Below, one piece after another: positions 20,067 through 29,815 of a DNA stretch of 64,000 nt (position 1 is its first letter; every line of letters begins with the position of its first letter). Source of the stretch: Candidatus Zhuqueibacterota bacterium (lineage in GTDB: Bacteria > Zhuqueibacterota > Zhuqueibacteria > Thermofontimicrobiales > Thermofontimicrobiaceae); NCBI GenBank assembly GCA_049322915.1, contig JBMOPW010000014.1, forward strand, positions 445,517 to 509,516, given 5' to 3'. The translations under genes were made by a program, and so were the position numbers. Under the pieces are notes generated by a model. That model ran no database searches, was not told the DNA's origin, and saw only the letters and a list, made by a program, of their open reading frames with translations.

Positions 20067-20598
20067 ATAAACAGTCAGGTAATTTTTTGTCCAACCTGTG
20101 CTAAAAACAGTGGAGGCGCGTGAGTTCAGGAGAAAGATTTTTTCAGGGTGTTAGGTCAATTGGATTAGTCATTGGCAGATGACTGTCTGACAGGTTTGAC
20201 ATTGTGTTGTTTCAGAAATCATTTATTCCGGTTTTGAGTTCACTCAGCAGGGATGATTGGAAAGTGAAGAGGCTGTCGGATCAGGTCGCCTATGTGCGTG
20301 AACTATCGTGGAGGTAATTCGAATGGATGGAGGCCGGCAACCTGTACAGCAACGCGTTATGCATCCTGCTATCTCATGACAAGATAATAAATATTATCAA
20401 AATGTCAATTGGAATTTTTGAAAGCGGAAGATTCTTCCAGTTCGATTGGCGTTAGGGGTATTGATGCGTGCGTGTCTTCCGCGCGCGGGGTCCGCTCATG
20501 AAAAAATCAGAACAGCGACGACGAGACATTTAGCTGCCAGAAGCAGAAAAGAGCGACACGCGCGACTTAAAAAAATTGAGGTCGTAAAAATTTTTCAC

Positions 20599-20627
20599 TT
20601 GCAATTGCATCATTTATTTTTTATATT
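20599..20627 (+). promoter_or_regulatory. Sigma70-type promoter for the regulator gene
   Basis: TTGCAA-17 bp-TATATT. Confidence 0.55.
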
Positions 20628-20666
20628 TGAATCGTTTGTTTAATTTCAAACAATACAAACTTACCT

Positions 20667-21140
20667 ATGACTCCATCCTTAAAACAAGAATTTATTCAGG
20701 ATTTCGGCGAAGCCTATCATATCTTTGGGTTGCCCAAACTCATGGGACGTATCGTGGGGCTGATGCTGTATGTGGAAACACCGATAAGCCTGGATGAAAT
20801 TGCCAGCCAGCTCAATGTGAGCAAAGGCCCGGTGAGTCAAATCATTCGTCGGCTCAAAGATCACAACTTGATACGGCGAATCTGGATGCCAGGCGACCGC
20901 AAGGATTACTACCAACCAGAGGCTGAGATTTTCGGAAATGCATTTCGGAATCATGTCGGATTGATGAGACGGAATCTGGAATTAGCGCAGAAATACCAGT
21001 CAAAATTGAAGACTAAAGGATCCGACGAAAATTCCATCTTTAAACAACGAGTGGAAGACATGTATCAATTTTACCAGTTGATGCTGGATTATTTCGATAA
21101 ATTTTTAAAGGACTGGCAGGAACAGCGTTCAGTAGAATAA
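20667..21140 (+). CDS. GbsR/MarR-family transcriptional regulator
   Basis: GLPKLMGRIVGLM, SLDEIASQLNVSKGPVS HTH and GDRKDYY. Confidence 0.88.
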   Translation: MTPSLKQEFIQDFGEAYHIFGLPKLMGRIVGLMLYVETPISLDEIASQLNVSKGPVSQIIRRLKDHNLIRRIWMPGDRKDYYQPEAEIFGNAFRNHVGLMRRNLELAQKYQSKLKTKGSDENSIFKQRVEDMYQFYQLMLDYFDKFLKDWQEQRSVE

Positions 21141-21234
21141 CGAACAACGTGACTTCGGGCGTCATGTTCTATTACATTGATCGTTTGGAAAAAATCAAAC
21201 GTTTGAAAACTATGCAAATGAACAGGTGGTCATT

Positions 21235-21966
21235 ATGAAACGATTCGAGAACAAGGTCGTTGTCGTCACCGGCGGCGCTGCCGGCATTGGTGCGGTTACT
21301 GCGAAAAAGTTTGCGGACGAAGGCGCAACGGTTTTTATCTGGGACGTGAATGAAGCGCAGGCCAATGCGCTCACTGCGGACACCAAACACATATTCTTTT
21401 TGAAGGTCAATGTCGCCGATGCGGCGAGCGTTCAGCACGCTGTGAAGGAGGTCATTACAAAATCGGGACAGATCGATGTGCTGATAAACAACGCCGGTAT
21501 CACTCGTGATGCAACGCTGCTGAAAATGGAACTTGCACAATGGGACGCAGTGATCGATGTGAATTTGAAGGGCGTTTTCAATTGCACCCAGGCAGTGGCG
21601 CGGGTCATGGCCGAGAAAAAGTCCGGGGTGATCATCAGCACCAGTTCCGTTGTGGCGTTGTACGGCAATTTTGGTCAGACCAATTATGTCGCGTCGAAGT
21701 CCGGCATCATCGGCATGACAAAAGTATGGGCGCGGGAATTGGGCCGAAAAGGCATACGCGTCAACGCAGTCGCGCCGGGATTCATCGCCACCGATATGGT
21801 GAAAACCGTGCCGGAAAAAGTCATTGACATGATAAAAGAAAAAACGCCCCTGAATCGATTGGGCGAGCCGCAGGATATCGCCAATGCCTACTTGTTCTTA
21901 GCCTCTGATGAGGCAGCATTTATCACAGGGACAGTCATTAGCGTGGACGGTGGATTGATCATCTAA
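21235..21966 (+). CDS. fabG: 3-oxoacyl-ACP reductase (FabG-like SDR)
   Basis: TGGAAGIG, NNAGITRD, GQTNYVASK and NAVAPGFI. Confidence 0.85.
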   Translation: MKRFENKVVVVTGGAAGIGAVTAKKFADEGATVFIWDVNEAQANALTADTKHIFFLKVNVADAASVQHAVKEVITKSGQIDVLINNAGITRDATLLKMELAQWDAVIDVNLKGVFNCTQAVARVMAEKKSGVIISTSSVVALYGNFGQTNYVASKSGIIGMTKVWARELGRKGIRVNAVAPGFIATDMVKTVPEKVIDMIKEKTPLNRLGEPQDIANAYLFLASDEAAFITGTVISVDGGLII

Positions 21967-21979
21967 CAAAAGGCACCCC

Positions 21980-22969
21980 ATGATGCGAAATGCGAGGATT
22001 ATTTCGACAGCGATGTACGCGCCGGACACAGTGATTCCCAATCAATATTTCAACGACCTGTTGGGTGAAGACGTCGACTCGTGGCTTGTTGAAAATTTAA
22101 CCATACGCGAACGCCGCTGGTGCCGGGTTGATGAAAGCACCGCGGATCTGGCTTATTTTGCCGGTAAGAAGGCAATCGAAAACGCAGGTCTCCTGCCGAA
22201 CGATGTGGATTTAATCATCATTTCGACGGATACGCCTGAATATATTTCGCCCAGTACCGCTGCCGTGGTTCAACATCGGTTGGGGGCGCAACGGGCAGGC
22301 ACATTTGACGTCAATACCGCCTGCGCCGGGTTTGTGACAATCCTGGATATGGCAGCTAAATATATCCGCTCGGACGAACAATACACCACGGTGCTGGTCA
22401 TTGGCGCTTATGCCATGTCCAAGTATCTGAATATGTCCGATAAGAAAACGGCGACGCTCTTTGCCGATGGCGCCGGCGCGGCTGTGCTCCAGGCGACAAC
22501 AGAGGACTGCGGATTTTTAGGATCACTGTTGCACACCGAGGGCCAGTATCACGATTGGATGGGCATTTATGGCGGCGGCACGAAAATGCCAGTGTCCCGG
22601 GACGTCATTCAGAATAAGGATCACCTGCTCAAATTTGTAAAAAAATTTCCCAAGGAAATTAATCCAACGACCTGGATGCGCATGATCAGCGAACTGGTAA
22701 CGAAGCAGGGATTGACCACGCGCGACATTGATATGGTATTTCTCACTCAAATTAATATAAATAGCATCCGCGAAACGCTTGACAATCTTGGATTATCCAT
22801 GAAGAATACGCATACGGTGATGGATCGGTACGGCTACACCGGATCTGCCTGTATTCCCATGGCCTTAGCAGAAGCGGTGGCATTAGGAAAAGTAAAGAAA
22901 AATGATTTGATAATTTTCATGGGGTCTGGCGGTGGTTTAGCTTTTGCGACGGCTGCGTTTCGCTGGTAA
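21980..22969 (+). CDS. Ketoacyl-ACP synthase III-like protein (atypical catalytic residues)
   Basis: DVNTACAGF, LFADGAGA and GSGGG motifs; thiolase fold inferred. Confidence 0.88.
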   Translation: MMRNARIISTAMYAPDTVIPNQYFNDLLGEDVDSWLVENLTIRERRWCRVDESTADLAYFAGKKAIENAGLLPNDVDLIIISTDTPEYISPSTAAVVQHRLGAQRAGTFDVNTACAGFVTILDMAAKYIRSDEQYTTVLVIGAYAMSKYLNMSDKKTATLFADGAGAAVLQATTEDCGFLGSLLHTEGQYHDWMGIYGGGTKMPVSRDVIQNKDHLLKFVKKFPKEINPTTWMRMISELVTKQGLTTRDIDMVFLTQININSIRETLDNLGLSMKNTHTVMDRYGYTGSACIPMALAEAVALGKVKKNDLIIFMGSGGGLAFATAAFRW

Positions 22970-23003
22970 CAATTCATTTACCAAGAATATAGAGGATAGT
23001 ATC

Positions 23004-24524
23004 ATGACCGATTTGGCCTCTCAAGAAATGGTGATAGCGGGATGGGTCATTCTCCTGGTTTATATGGGAGTCATACTCTTTTTTGTCACTCGTGGCGCCC
23101 GCAAAACTTCCTCCATGGCCGATTATGCTGTCGGCAGTATTGCGTTCTCACCTGTGGTTGTGGGTTTATCGCTGGCAGCTTCGATGACCAGCGCAGCAAC
23201 GTTTATCATTAATCCCGGTTTTATCGCACTCTATGGCCTCAGCGGTGTTATCTCGTATGTCATTGTATTGCCGGCAGCCGCACTTACGTCTTTGGCGATC
23301 CTGTCCAAAGGCTTTCGGAAACATGGCAAAGCAGTAAAAGCGCTCACTCTGGCGCAGTGGATGGGAACCCGCTACAACAGCTCTGGCTACGCCCTCTTCT
23401 TCGGTTTCCTTTCGTTCCTACTTATCACGTTCATCGTGCTCATTTGCGTGGGATTAACCCAAATCATCTCAAAGACACTCAATGCCAGTGAGACCACTGT
23501 CCTGGTTGCGATTGCCATTTTTATCTTTGGCTACATGATGTTCGGCGGCGCTAATTCCATGGTTTACACAAACACGGTACAGGCAATTTTGATGCTGATT
23601 GTTGCAGTCATCTTGATCGGATCCGGCTACGAGCATTTCAGCGAAGGCGTGCATGGATTCCTCGATAAACTCAAGGCCATCGATCCAAAGCTGATTGGAT
23701 GGACCAATGATAGCAGTTTTCTGTTCCGCGATTTTTTTGAAATTGTCATCGCCCAGATCATTGTTGGCGTAGCCATTGTGTGTCAACCTCATATTATCAC
23801 GCGCTCGCTTTTACTCAAAACAGACAAAGATGTCAATAAATACCTGGTAGTGGGAATCGTAGCTGAAGTCATCTTTTTCACGGTGGTCGCAACCGGACTG
23901 TATGCCCGACTTGAATTCCCGGATTTGACAGTCAATGGCGTTCCGCTTAAATTGGATAGCATCGTTTCCGCCTATGTGGTCAAAGAATTTCCAGTGTATA
24001 TCGGGATGGTCCTGGTCCTGGGACTTATCTCGGCCGGGCTATCGACGCTGGAGTCGCTGATTCAAAGCCTGTCCACGACAATCACAGCCGACGTCATCAA
24101 GCCACTCTTCGGGCGATATTTTCCGAAAGATAAGAAGAAGAATGAAAAATTTAATGTGATGCTCAATCGGTTAGTGATCGCCGTTATGGCGGTGTTGGCC
24201 ATTTTCATCTCCCACGATCAGTTGGTTAATCCAAAATTGAGCGTGGGCATCTTTGCTCAAAACGGTGTGTACGCCTACTTCGCCGCTGCCTTTGTGCCCA
24301 TCATTTTTGGAATGTTCTTAAAAAATGTGCCCAAAAGCGCGCCGATTGCAGCATCGATCACAGCCGTCATCGTTCATTTCATCATGTACTACGGAAAGGT
24401 GACTGTCCCATTCTCGAAATCCACCGGCGAAAATCCCGGCGTAGCCGCCGGGGTGGCCATACTTTCGTCCATTCTTGTGGGCTGGATTTTTTATATTATT
24501 TCGGAGAAGAAGCATCGTGCATAA
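23004..24524 (+). CDS. Sodium:solute symporter (SSS; PanF/PutP-like)
   Basis: About 13 hydrophobic segments; SLAASMTSAATF and ISAGLSTL motifs. Confidence 0.85.
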   Translation: MTDLASQEMVIAGWVILLVYMGVILFFVTRGARKTSSMADYAVGSIAFSPVVVGLSLAASMTSAATFIINPGFIALYGLSGVISYVIVLPAAALTSLAILSKGFRKHGKAVKALTLAQWMGTRYNSSGYALFFGFLSFLLITFIVLICVGLTQIISKTLNASETTVLVAIAIFIFGYMMFGGANSMVYTNTVQAILMLIVAVILIGSGYEHFSEGVHGFLDKLKAIDPKLIGWTNDSSFLFRDFFEIVIAQIIVGVAIVCQPHIITRSLLLKTDKDVNKYLVVGIVAEVIFFTVVATGLYARLEFPDLTVNGVPLKLDSIVSAYVVKEFPVYIGMVLVLGLISAGLSTLESLIQSLSTTITADVIKPLFGRYFPKDKKKNEKFNVMLNRLVIAVMAVLAIFISHDQLVNPKLSVGIFAQNGVYAYFAAAFVPIIFGMFLKNVPKSAPIAASITAVIVHFIMYYGKVTVPFSKSTGENPGVAAGVAILSSILVGWIFYIISEKKHRA

Positions 24525-26034
24525 TTTCGAAATCGACTGGGTCAAAAAATGGGCGAAATACACGCCTAACCGGATGGCGCTTCGGGAGCATCAGCGCGAT
24601 TTGCAGTGGAGCTATGCTGAATTGAACCAGCGTGTGAATGCGCTGGCCCGCTTTCTCCGTGATCATCTGCATATCCAGAAAGGGGATAGAATTGCAGTCT
24701 ATTCAAAAAACAGAGCGGAGTATGTGTTCCTGTTCTGGGCCTGTGTCAAAACCGGCGCGATCCTGGTGCCACTGAATTTCCGGCTGACGGCGATGGAACT
24801 TGTCGGACTGTTGCGCAACGCTGAGCCTGCGCTATTCATTTTCGAACAGGATCTTGACGAGCGCGTGCAGCAGCTTCAGTCGCTGTGGCAGTTTCCTGCA
24901 GCTATGGAAATTTCGTCATTGACGTCATTTTTGACTGACGCGATTTCTGCGGATCAGCCCATTGCCAGCGAGCCAGGATCGCTGGAGGACATTGTCATGA
25001 TCCTGTATACCGCCGGCACAACGGGCGTGCCCAAAGGCGCCAAGATCAATTTTCGCATGTTGCTGTGGAATTCAATCAACACTGGTCTACGGCTCGATAT
25101 TACGTCATCCGATCATACCCAAAGTTTTGCACCGTTTTTTCATACCGGCGGCTGGAACGTACTGCTCACGCCGTTCTTCCATCACGGTGCCTCCCATACA
25201 TTACTCAACAGTTTTAACGCGGATCTGATTTTGGAATTGATGGAAAAAGAGAGGACAACACTGCTGTTTGGCGTGCCGACCATGCTGCAAATGATGGCGG
25301 ATTCCCCATTATTCAGGACAATCGATCTGTCGTCGGTTCGGTACGCCATTGTCGGCGGCGCTCCCATGCCCATTCCTCTGATCAATATCTGGCATGACAA
25401 AGGCGTTCGCATCCGCCAGGGATATGGCCTCACAGAGGTGGGCCCCAATGTGTTTTCACTGCATCAGGATGACGCGGTGCGAAAAAAAGGATCGATTGGT
25501 TTCCCCAATTTTTATATGGAGACGAAGGTCGTCAACGACCAGCGGCAGGAATGCGGCGACAATGAAGTAGGCGAGCTCTGGCTGAAATCACCGGTGGTGA
25601 CGCCGGGCTACTGGCGAAAGGAAGATGAGACAAACGAGGCGATCACGGACGGTTGGTTTCATACCGGGGATATGGTTCGCCGGGATGAAGACGGGTATTT
25701 TTTTGTTGTGGATCGAAAGAAAAATATGTTCATCAGCGGCGGCGAGAATGTTTATCCCGCGGAAATCGAGCGCGTTCTGGAGGCTTACCCTGGCGTTAAA
25801 GAGGTCGCTGTGATTGGAGTGCCCGATGAAAAGTGGGGGGAAGTCGGATGCGCATTCATCGTTGCCGAACAGAAGGGTGGCTTTGCCGAGAAGGAAATTT
25901 GGGAGTTCTGTCAGGACAAACTTGCAAAATTTAAAATTCCCAAATATGTGAGATTTATTAATCAATTACCCCGGAATGATGCCGGAAAGGTCGACAGAAA
26001 CGACCTGAAGAAAAAATTCACTTTAACTAAATGA
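24517..26034 (+). CDS. Long-chain acyl-CoA synthetase (AMP-binding)
   Basis: YTAGTTGVPKG, QGYGLTE, WFHTGD and GGENVYPAEIE. Confidence 0.92.
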   Translation: MHNFEIDWVKKWAKYTPNRMALREHQRDLQWSYAELNQRVNALARFLRDHLHIQKGDRIAVYSKNRAEYVFLFWACVKTGAILVPLNFRLTAMELVGLLRNAEPALFIFEQDLDERVQQLQSLWQFPAAMEISSLTSFLTDAISADQPIASEPGSLEDIVMILYTAGTTGVPKGAKINFRMLLWNSINTGLRLDITSSDHTQSFAPFFHTGGWNVLLTPFFHHGASHTLLNSFNADLILELMEKERTTLLFGVPTMLQMMADSPLFRTIDLSSVRYAIVGGAPMPIPLINIWHDKGVRIRQGYGLTEVGPNVFSLHQDDAVRKKGSIGFPNFYMETKVVNDQRQECGDNEVGELWLKSPVVTPGYWRKEDETNEAITDGWFHTGDMVRRDEDGYFFVVDRKKNMFISGGENVYPAEIERVLEAYPGVKEVAVIGVPDEKWGEVGCAFIVAEQKGGFAEKEIWEFCQDKLAKFKIPKYVRFINQLPRNDAGKVDRNDLKKKFTLTK

Positions 26035-26047
26035 AGGAGGATGTTCC

Positions 26048-26539
26048 ATGAAACGTTTATTGGTGGTACTATTCATTTTCGTCGGTCTTTTTGGGATTAT
26101 ATCCTGCGATAAAGACGACGACAGCAGCACCACGCCAGATCCTGTCGATGAATGGATTGGCACCTGGTTGAGCGCCGGCGCGAACGTAGCGCCGATTCTC
26201 ATCGCTGTATTTCAGTATGACAGCGTGAAAGTCGAGTTCAAAGACAACAGTACAATTACCCTCAAATCGCATGTGACGAATGGCGCGTGGACGACCACGG
26301 AAGGCACCTACACCATCACCAAAGCCACGTCTGGCACGGTTCACACGGCAAAATTTGTCTACCCCGCATTTGAGCAGGAAGGCATTATTGAAATTACTGC
26401 TGGAACTCCGTCGACCATGAAGCTGGAAGTTGTGCAGACGATACCGAACATCGGAGCAACGCCGCGCACACCAGCAACTGGTTTTGGATCCGATCCGGCT
26501 TTGGGCACAGCTAATATTCAGAAGTACATCAAATTGTAA
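26048..26539 (+). CDS. Lipoprotein of unknown function
   Basis: AAGGAGG RBS, signal peptide ending IISC-D, beta-rich mature region. Confidence 0.8.
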   Translation: MKRLLVVLFIFVGLFGIISCDKDDDSSTTPDPVDEWIGTWLSAGANVAPILIAVFQYDSVKVEFKDNSTITLKSHVTNGAWTTTEGTYTITKATSGTVHTAKFVYPAFEQEGIIEITAGTPSTMKLEVVQTIPNIGATPRTPATGFGSDPALGTANIQKYIKL

Positions 26540-26551
26540 TGCTAATTCCGC

Positions 26552-26582
26552 CTGATGCCACCGCTATATGCGATGGCATCAG
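26552..26582 (+). other. Intergenic stem-loop (possible mRNA stability or attenuation element)
   Basis: CTGATGCCA...TGGCATCAG inverted repeat without a strong U tract. Confidence 0.45.
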
Positions 26583-26612
26583 TCACTTTCACTCTAAGAG
26601 AAGAGTAATTGT

Positions 26613-28151
26613 ATGAAGACCTTATTTTCCATCATAGCCTTGATTTTGTTGGGCGCATTTTTTCTTCAGGCTCAGACTGCCGATGCGTTTGTTGAAGAAA
26701 AAGTGAAAGAGAATAAGAAAGAATTCACCTTCATCGGCTACTATTTTATGCGCTCGGAGCAATCCAACGTGGCCCCGACCAACGAATTCCTGAAAGGCCA
26801 GGTCGTCGGCCGGTTATTTGGAGGGAATACAACCAGAACTTCAAACGCGCAGTCAAGTTTTACAGAGCAGCGATTCATGCCGATGATCACCTACACGCCC
26901 CGTCTGTTCGACGGTTGGGCAAAAATGCGCATGAGCTTTGAATTCGATTGGACCTGGGGCGATGCCAATTACGGCGCTGGCGGAAATTTTGGCGGTGCAT
27001 TTGCCGCTGATTTTGTCAACATGCAAACGCAAAATCTGTTCATCGAATTCAGACCGAATAAAACACTCTTTGTCAATGCCGGATTGACCCGGCTGTACGA
27101 TAACGTCAATGTTCCTTATTACACGGTGACGAGTATGTTGCTCAATACCGGGTACCGCCTCTCGTTCTGGGGATCGGATGCCACAGGCCTGGCAGTTCAT
27201 AAAATGTTCGCCAATAAGCGCATGAAATTCGGCGCCTACCAGCTCTATGAAAACAATGTGGAACAGAAGGATGACGTTTCCCTGGTGGAGGCCATGTTCG
27301 AATATGACCTCGATATTGTTCATACCGTCGGCCTCTCATTCTGGCATGTGCGGGATCGAGCCAGTGGAGAAGGCGGCGTCTCGATTCTCGGCCAGGGATT
27401 AAATTCTGGCTTGTCCAACTATAACGGTGTCTTCAATTTTAATTTTGGCAACGAATCATACAAAGCGAATATTTACTGGCTGGGAACTCATTTCCATGGC
27501 AATCCCCTGCTGATTCAGGGGCGTTTTGGTTACAACGGTTTTGCTGTATTGAACTTCGGCTCAGCCGAGTCACAGACGCATCAGGTGAATATCATGGGTT
27601 TGGCAGCGAATTTGAGATTGGCCTATAAATATGGCAAAAATGAAAATGATTTCATTTCAGTGGATGGCATCTACACCAGCGGCGATAAAGAGAACATAGC
27701 GGATGGGAAATACACTGGCGTCCTTACAGGAAACAACTGGACAGCTCCCGGGGCGGTTCATTTCAGCTCCGGATTGTACCTGCTTTTGCCCCATGGCAAT
27801 GTTGTCAATCGATTCAATGCAGCAGTGATTGATATCCAAAATATTGGCTATGGTCTCGCTGCCGGGACATTCATTGGGTCCTACGACATTGTGCCCAATA
27901 AATTGAAAGTGAAAACCGGGCTGGGAGCAGGTTTTGCGCCTGTCTCGCCGGGAAGTGGTGGAAATTTTTTGGGAACCGAAATCAACCTGAATTTGCTCTA
28001 TCGACTCAAGGTGTATATGGATCTTGAATTGCACGCAGCCTATCTATCCCTTGGGGACTTTTTCGATTCACCTGGAGTAAATGGCAATCTCGATGACCGC
28101 CCAAAAAATCCCTGGACGGTTTTCGCTACGCTTAAATGGATTATGTTTTAA
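26613..28151 (+). CDS. Outer-membrane beta-barrel protein (porin-like)
   Basis: Signal peptide, alternating beta-strand pattern, C-terminal LKWIMF ending in Phe. Confidence 0.7.
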   Translation: MKTLFSIIALILLGAFFLQAQTADAFVEEKVKENKKEFTFIGYYFMRSEQSNVAPTNEFLKGQVVGRLFGGNTTRTSNAQSSFTEQRFMPMITYTPRLFDGWAKMRMSFEFDWTWGDANYGAGGNFGGAFAADFVNMQTQNLFIEFRPNKTLFVNAGLTRLYDNVNVPYYTVTSMLLNTGYRLSFWGSDATGLAVHKMFANKRMKFGAYQLYENNVEQKDDVSLVEAMFEYDLDIVHTVGLSFWHVRDRASGEGGVSILGQGLNSGLSNYNGVFNFNFGNESYKANIYWLGTHFHGNPLLIQGRFGYNGFAVLNFGSAESQTHQVNIMGLAANLRLAYKYGKNENDFISVDGIYTSGDKENIADGKYTGVLTGNNWTAPGAVHFSSGLYLLLPHGNVVNRFNAAVIDIQNIGYGLAAGTFIGSYDIVPNKLKVKTGLGAGFAPVSPGSGGNFLGTEINLNLLYRLKVYMDLELHAAYLSLGDFFDSPGVNGNLDDRPKNPWTVFATLKWIMF

Positions 28152-28162
28152 GGGAGGGACAA

Positions 28163-29113
28163 ATGAGATTAGCTCAACTGACAGCGGTGATAGCCATGAT
28201 AAGTCTTGTTCTGGGTTGTGCCACTTCATCTTATTATAAATTAGACACGGTTGAATTTGATAACTTCGACTATGGTTTTGCAGTGGATAGAATTAAAGTC
28301 AAAAATATCCACGTTGCCGTCATCGATGAAGGCAACTCGGACAACGTACTGCTGTTGATTCATGGCCTTGGCTCCAATGCGAAGGGGTGGATTAAAAATA
28401 TTCCCGCTCTTTCCAAACATTTTCGCGTTATTGCGGTGGACCTGCCAGGCTATGGGAAATCGGATAAAGGCTATTACCAGTTCTCGATGAAATTTTATGC
28501 ACAGGTATTAACAGAACTGTTGACCCGGTTGAATATCGATCAGGCCACTTTTGTTGGCCATTCCATGGGTGGGCAAATTGCGATGACGACTGCGCTGGAA
28601 TATCCCGATCGAGTGAAAAAGCTGGTGCTGATTTCAACCGCGGGTTTCGAAAGATTTACAGAGGGCGAAGGTGATTGGATGACCAACGCAGTGACTGCGG
28701 AATTTGTAAAGGATACGCCCATAAGAAACATCGACATCAATCTACGTTCGAATTTTTACCGGATGCCTGATGATGCAACGTTCATGATTACCGAAAGGAT
28801 ACAGATGCGCGGCGCAAAAGACTTTGATGACTATTGCTACGCTGTATCAAGGAACGTGGCTGCGATGATCAACGGACCTGTCTGGCATCGGTTGGATCAG
28901 ATAAAACAACCTACGCTCATTTTGTTTGGCGAAAACGATGGGCTGATCCCGAATCCGTACCTTCATGGCGGCAGGACGGAAACCGTTGCCAAAATTGGCG
29001 AGGAACAAATACCAAATAATAAACTGATGATGATCAAAGAATGCGGTCATTTTGTACAGTTTGAAAAGGCGGACGAGACGAACAATGCGGTGATTGATTT
29101 TGCAGGACAATGA
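28163..29113 (+). CDS. Alpha/beta hydrolase lipoprotein
   Basis: VLGC lipobox, IHGLG, GHSMGG nucleophile elbow and CGHF. Confidence 0.9.
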   Translation: MRLAQLTAVIAMISLVLGCATSSYYKLDTVEFDNFDYGFAVDRIKVKNIHVAVIDEGNSDNVLLLIHGLGSNAKGWIKNIPALSKHFRVIAVDLPGYGKSDKGYYQFSMKFYAQVLTELLTRLNIDQATFVGHSMGGQIAMTTALEYPDRVKKLVLISTAGFERFTEGEGDWMTNAVTAEFVKDTPIRNIDINLRSNFYRMPDDATFMITERIQMRGAKDFDDYCYAVSRNVAAMINGPVWHRLDQIKQPTLILFGENDGLIPNPYLHGGRTETVAKIGEEQIPNNKLMMIKECGHFVQFEKADETNNAVIDFAGQ

Positions 29114-29203
29114 CCTGCGAAGGCACGCCTGACGTCATCTTCGTTGCTCTGGATCGAAACAGCATACCAGACAAACCATCTCGACCTGTTGTGTAAAAAT
29201 TGC

Positions 29204-29231
29204 AAAGCCCGTATTATTACGGGCTTTTTTT
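29204..29231 (+). terminator. Rho-independent terminator (likely bidirectional)
   Basis: AAAGCCCGTA-TTAT-TACGGGCTTTTTTT. Confidence 0.8.
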
Positions 29232-29236
29232 ATGGC

Positions 29237-29283
29237 GGGAATCGAACCCCGAACCTATCCGCCTGAGGCGGATTGCTCTGCCA
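29237..29283 (-). pseudogene. tRNA-Lys(CTT) fragment with the anticodon arm replaced by a 17-nt palindrome
   Basis: Flanks match the tRNA at 29372-29447; the arm is replaced by ATCCGCCTGAGGCGGAT. Confidence 0.75.
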
Positions 29284-29371
29284 GATGATGGTTGAGCCAC
29301 AATCTTCCTTGGCCAGATTTAAGGAATTTTTCACGGAGCATGGCCAGAGATCGGGAGGAACAGAATAAATG

Positions 29372-29447
<76 letters not shown>

Positions 29448-29482
29448 GAAAAGGCGAACACAGAATTTACAAGGTGAAATTG

Positions 29483-29529
29483 GAACCTATCCGCCTAAGG
29501 CGGATTGCTCTGCCAATTGAGCTATGGGC
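29483..29529 (-). pseudogene. Second tRNA-Lys(CTT) fragment (5' half) with the anticodon arm replaced by a 17-nt palindrome
   Basis: GCCCATAGCTCAATTGGCAGAGCA is identical to the tRNA; the arm is replaced by ATCCGCCTTAGGCGGAT (minus strand). Confidence 0.75.
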
Positions 29530-29662
29530 ATAGATGTCCGATAATTTGTTTTAAAAACCTCAGCAATAAATGTAAATTGCCGAGCCACTGATGCATAAAA
29601 AGCAACGAAGGCCGAACGATGATACTCCGGCCCCTCTGTTATAATCTGAATTGATACATGTG

Positions 29663-29735
29663 TGAGGGTGCAGGGATTCGAACCCTGGACCCACGGCTTA
29701 AAAGGCCGTTGCTCTACCGGCTGAGCTACACCCTC
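29663..29735 (-). tRNA. tRNA-Lys (anticodon TTT), CCA not encoded
   Basis: GAGGGTG..CACCCTC-A acceptor, ACGGC-CTTTTAA-GCCGT arm, GTTCGAATC T-loop. Confidence 0.96.
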
Positions 29736-29760
29736 AATGTCGCTAAAAATTAGAAGGTTG

Positions 29761-29789
29761 AATATAAGGAAATAAAATATGGAAGTCAA
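29761..29789 (-). promoter_or_regulatory. Sigma70 promoter of the tRNA-Lys operon
   Basis: TTGACT-17 bp-TATATT on the minus strand. Confidence 0.65.
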
Positions 29790-29815
29790 TAAAAAAAATA
29801 TCTTTTTAGAACGCG

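Noticed and set aside
20067..20410. Riboswitch in the long leader of the rSAM cluster
   Set aside because: No SAM, cobalamin, TPP or Moco consensus was recognisable by eye; an Rfam scan would be decisive.
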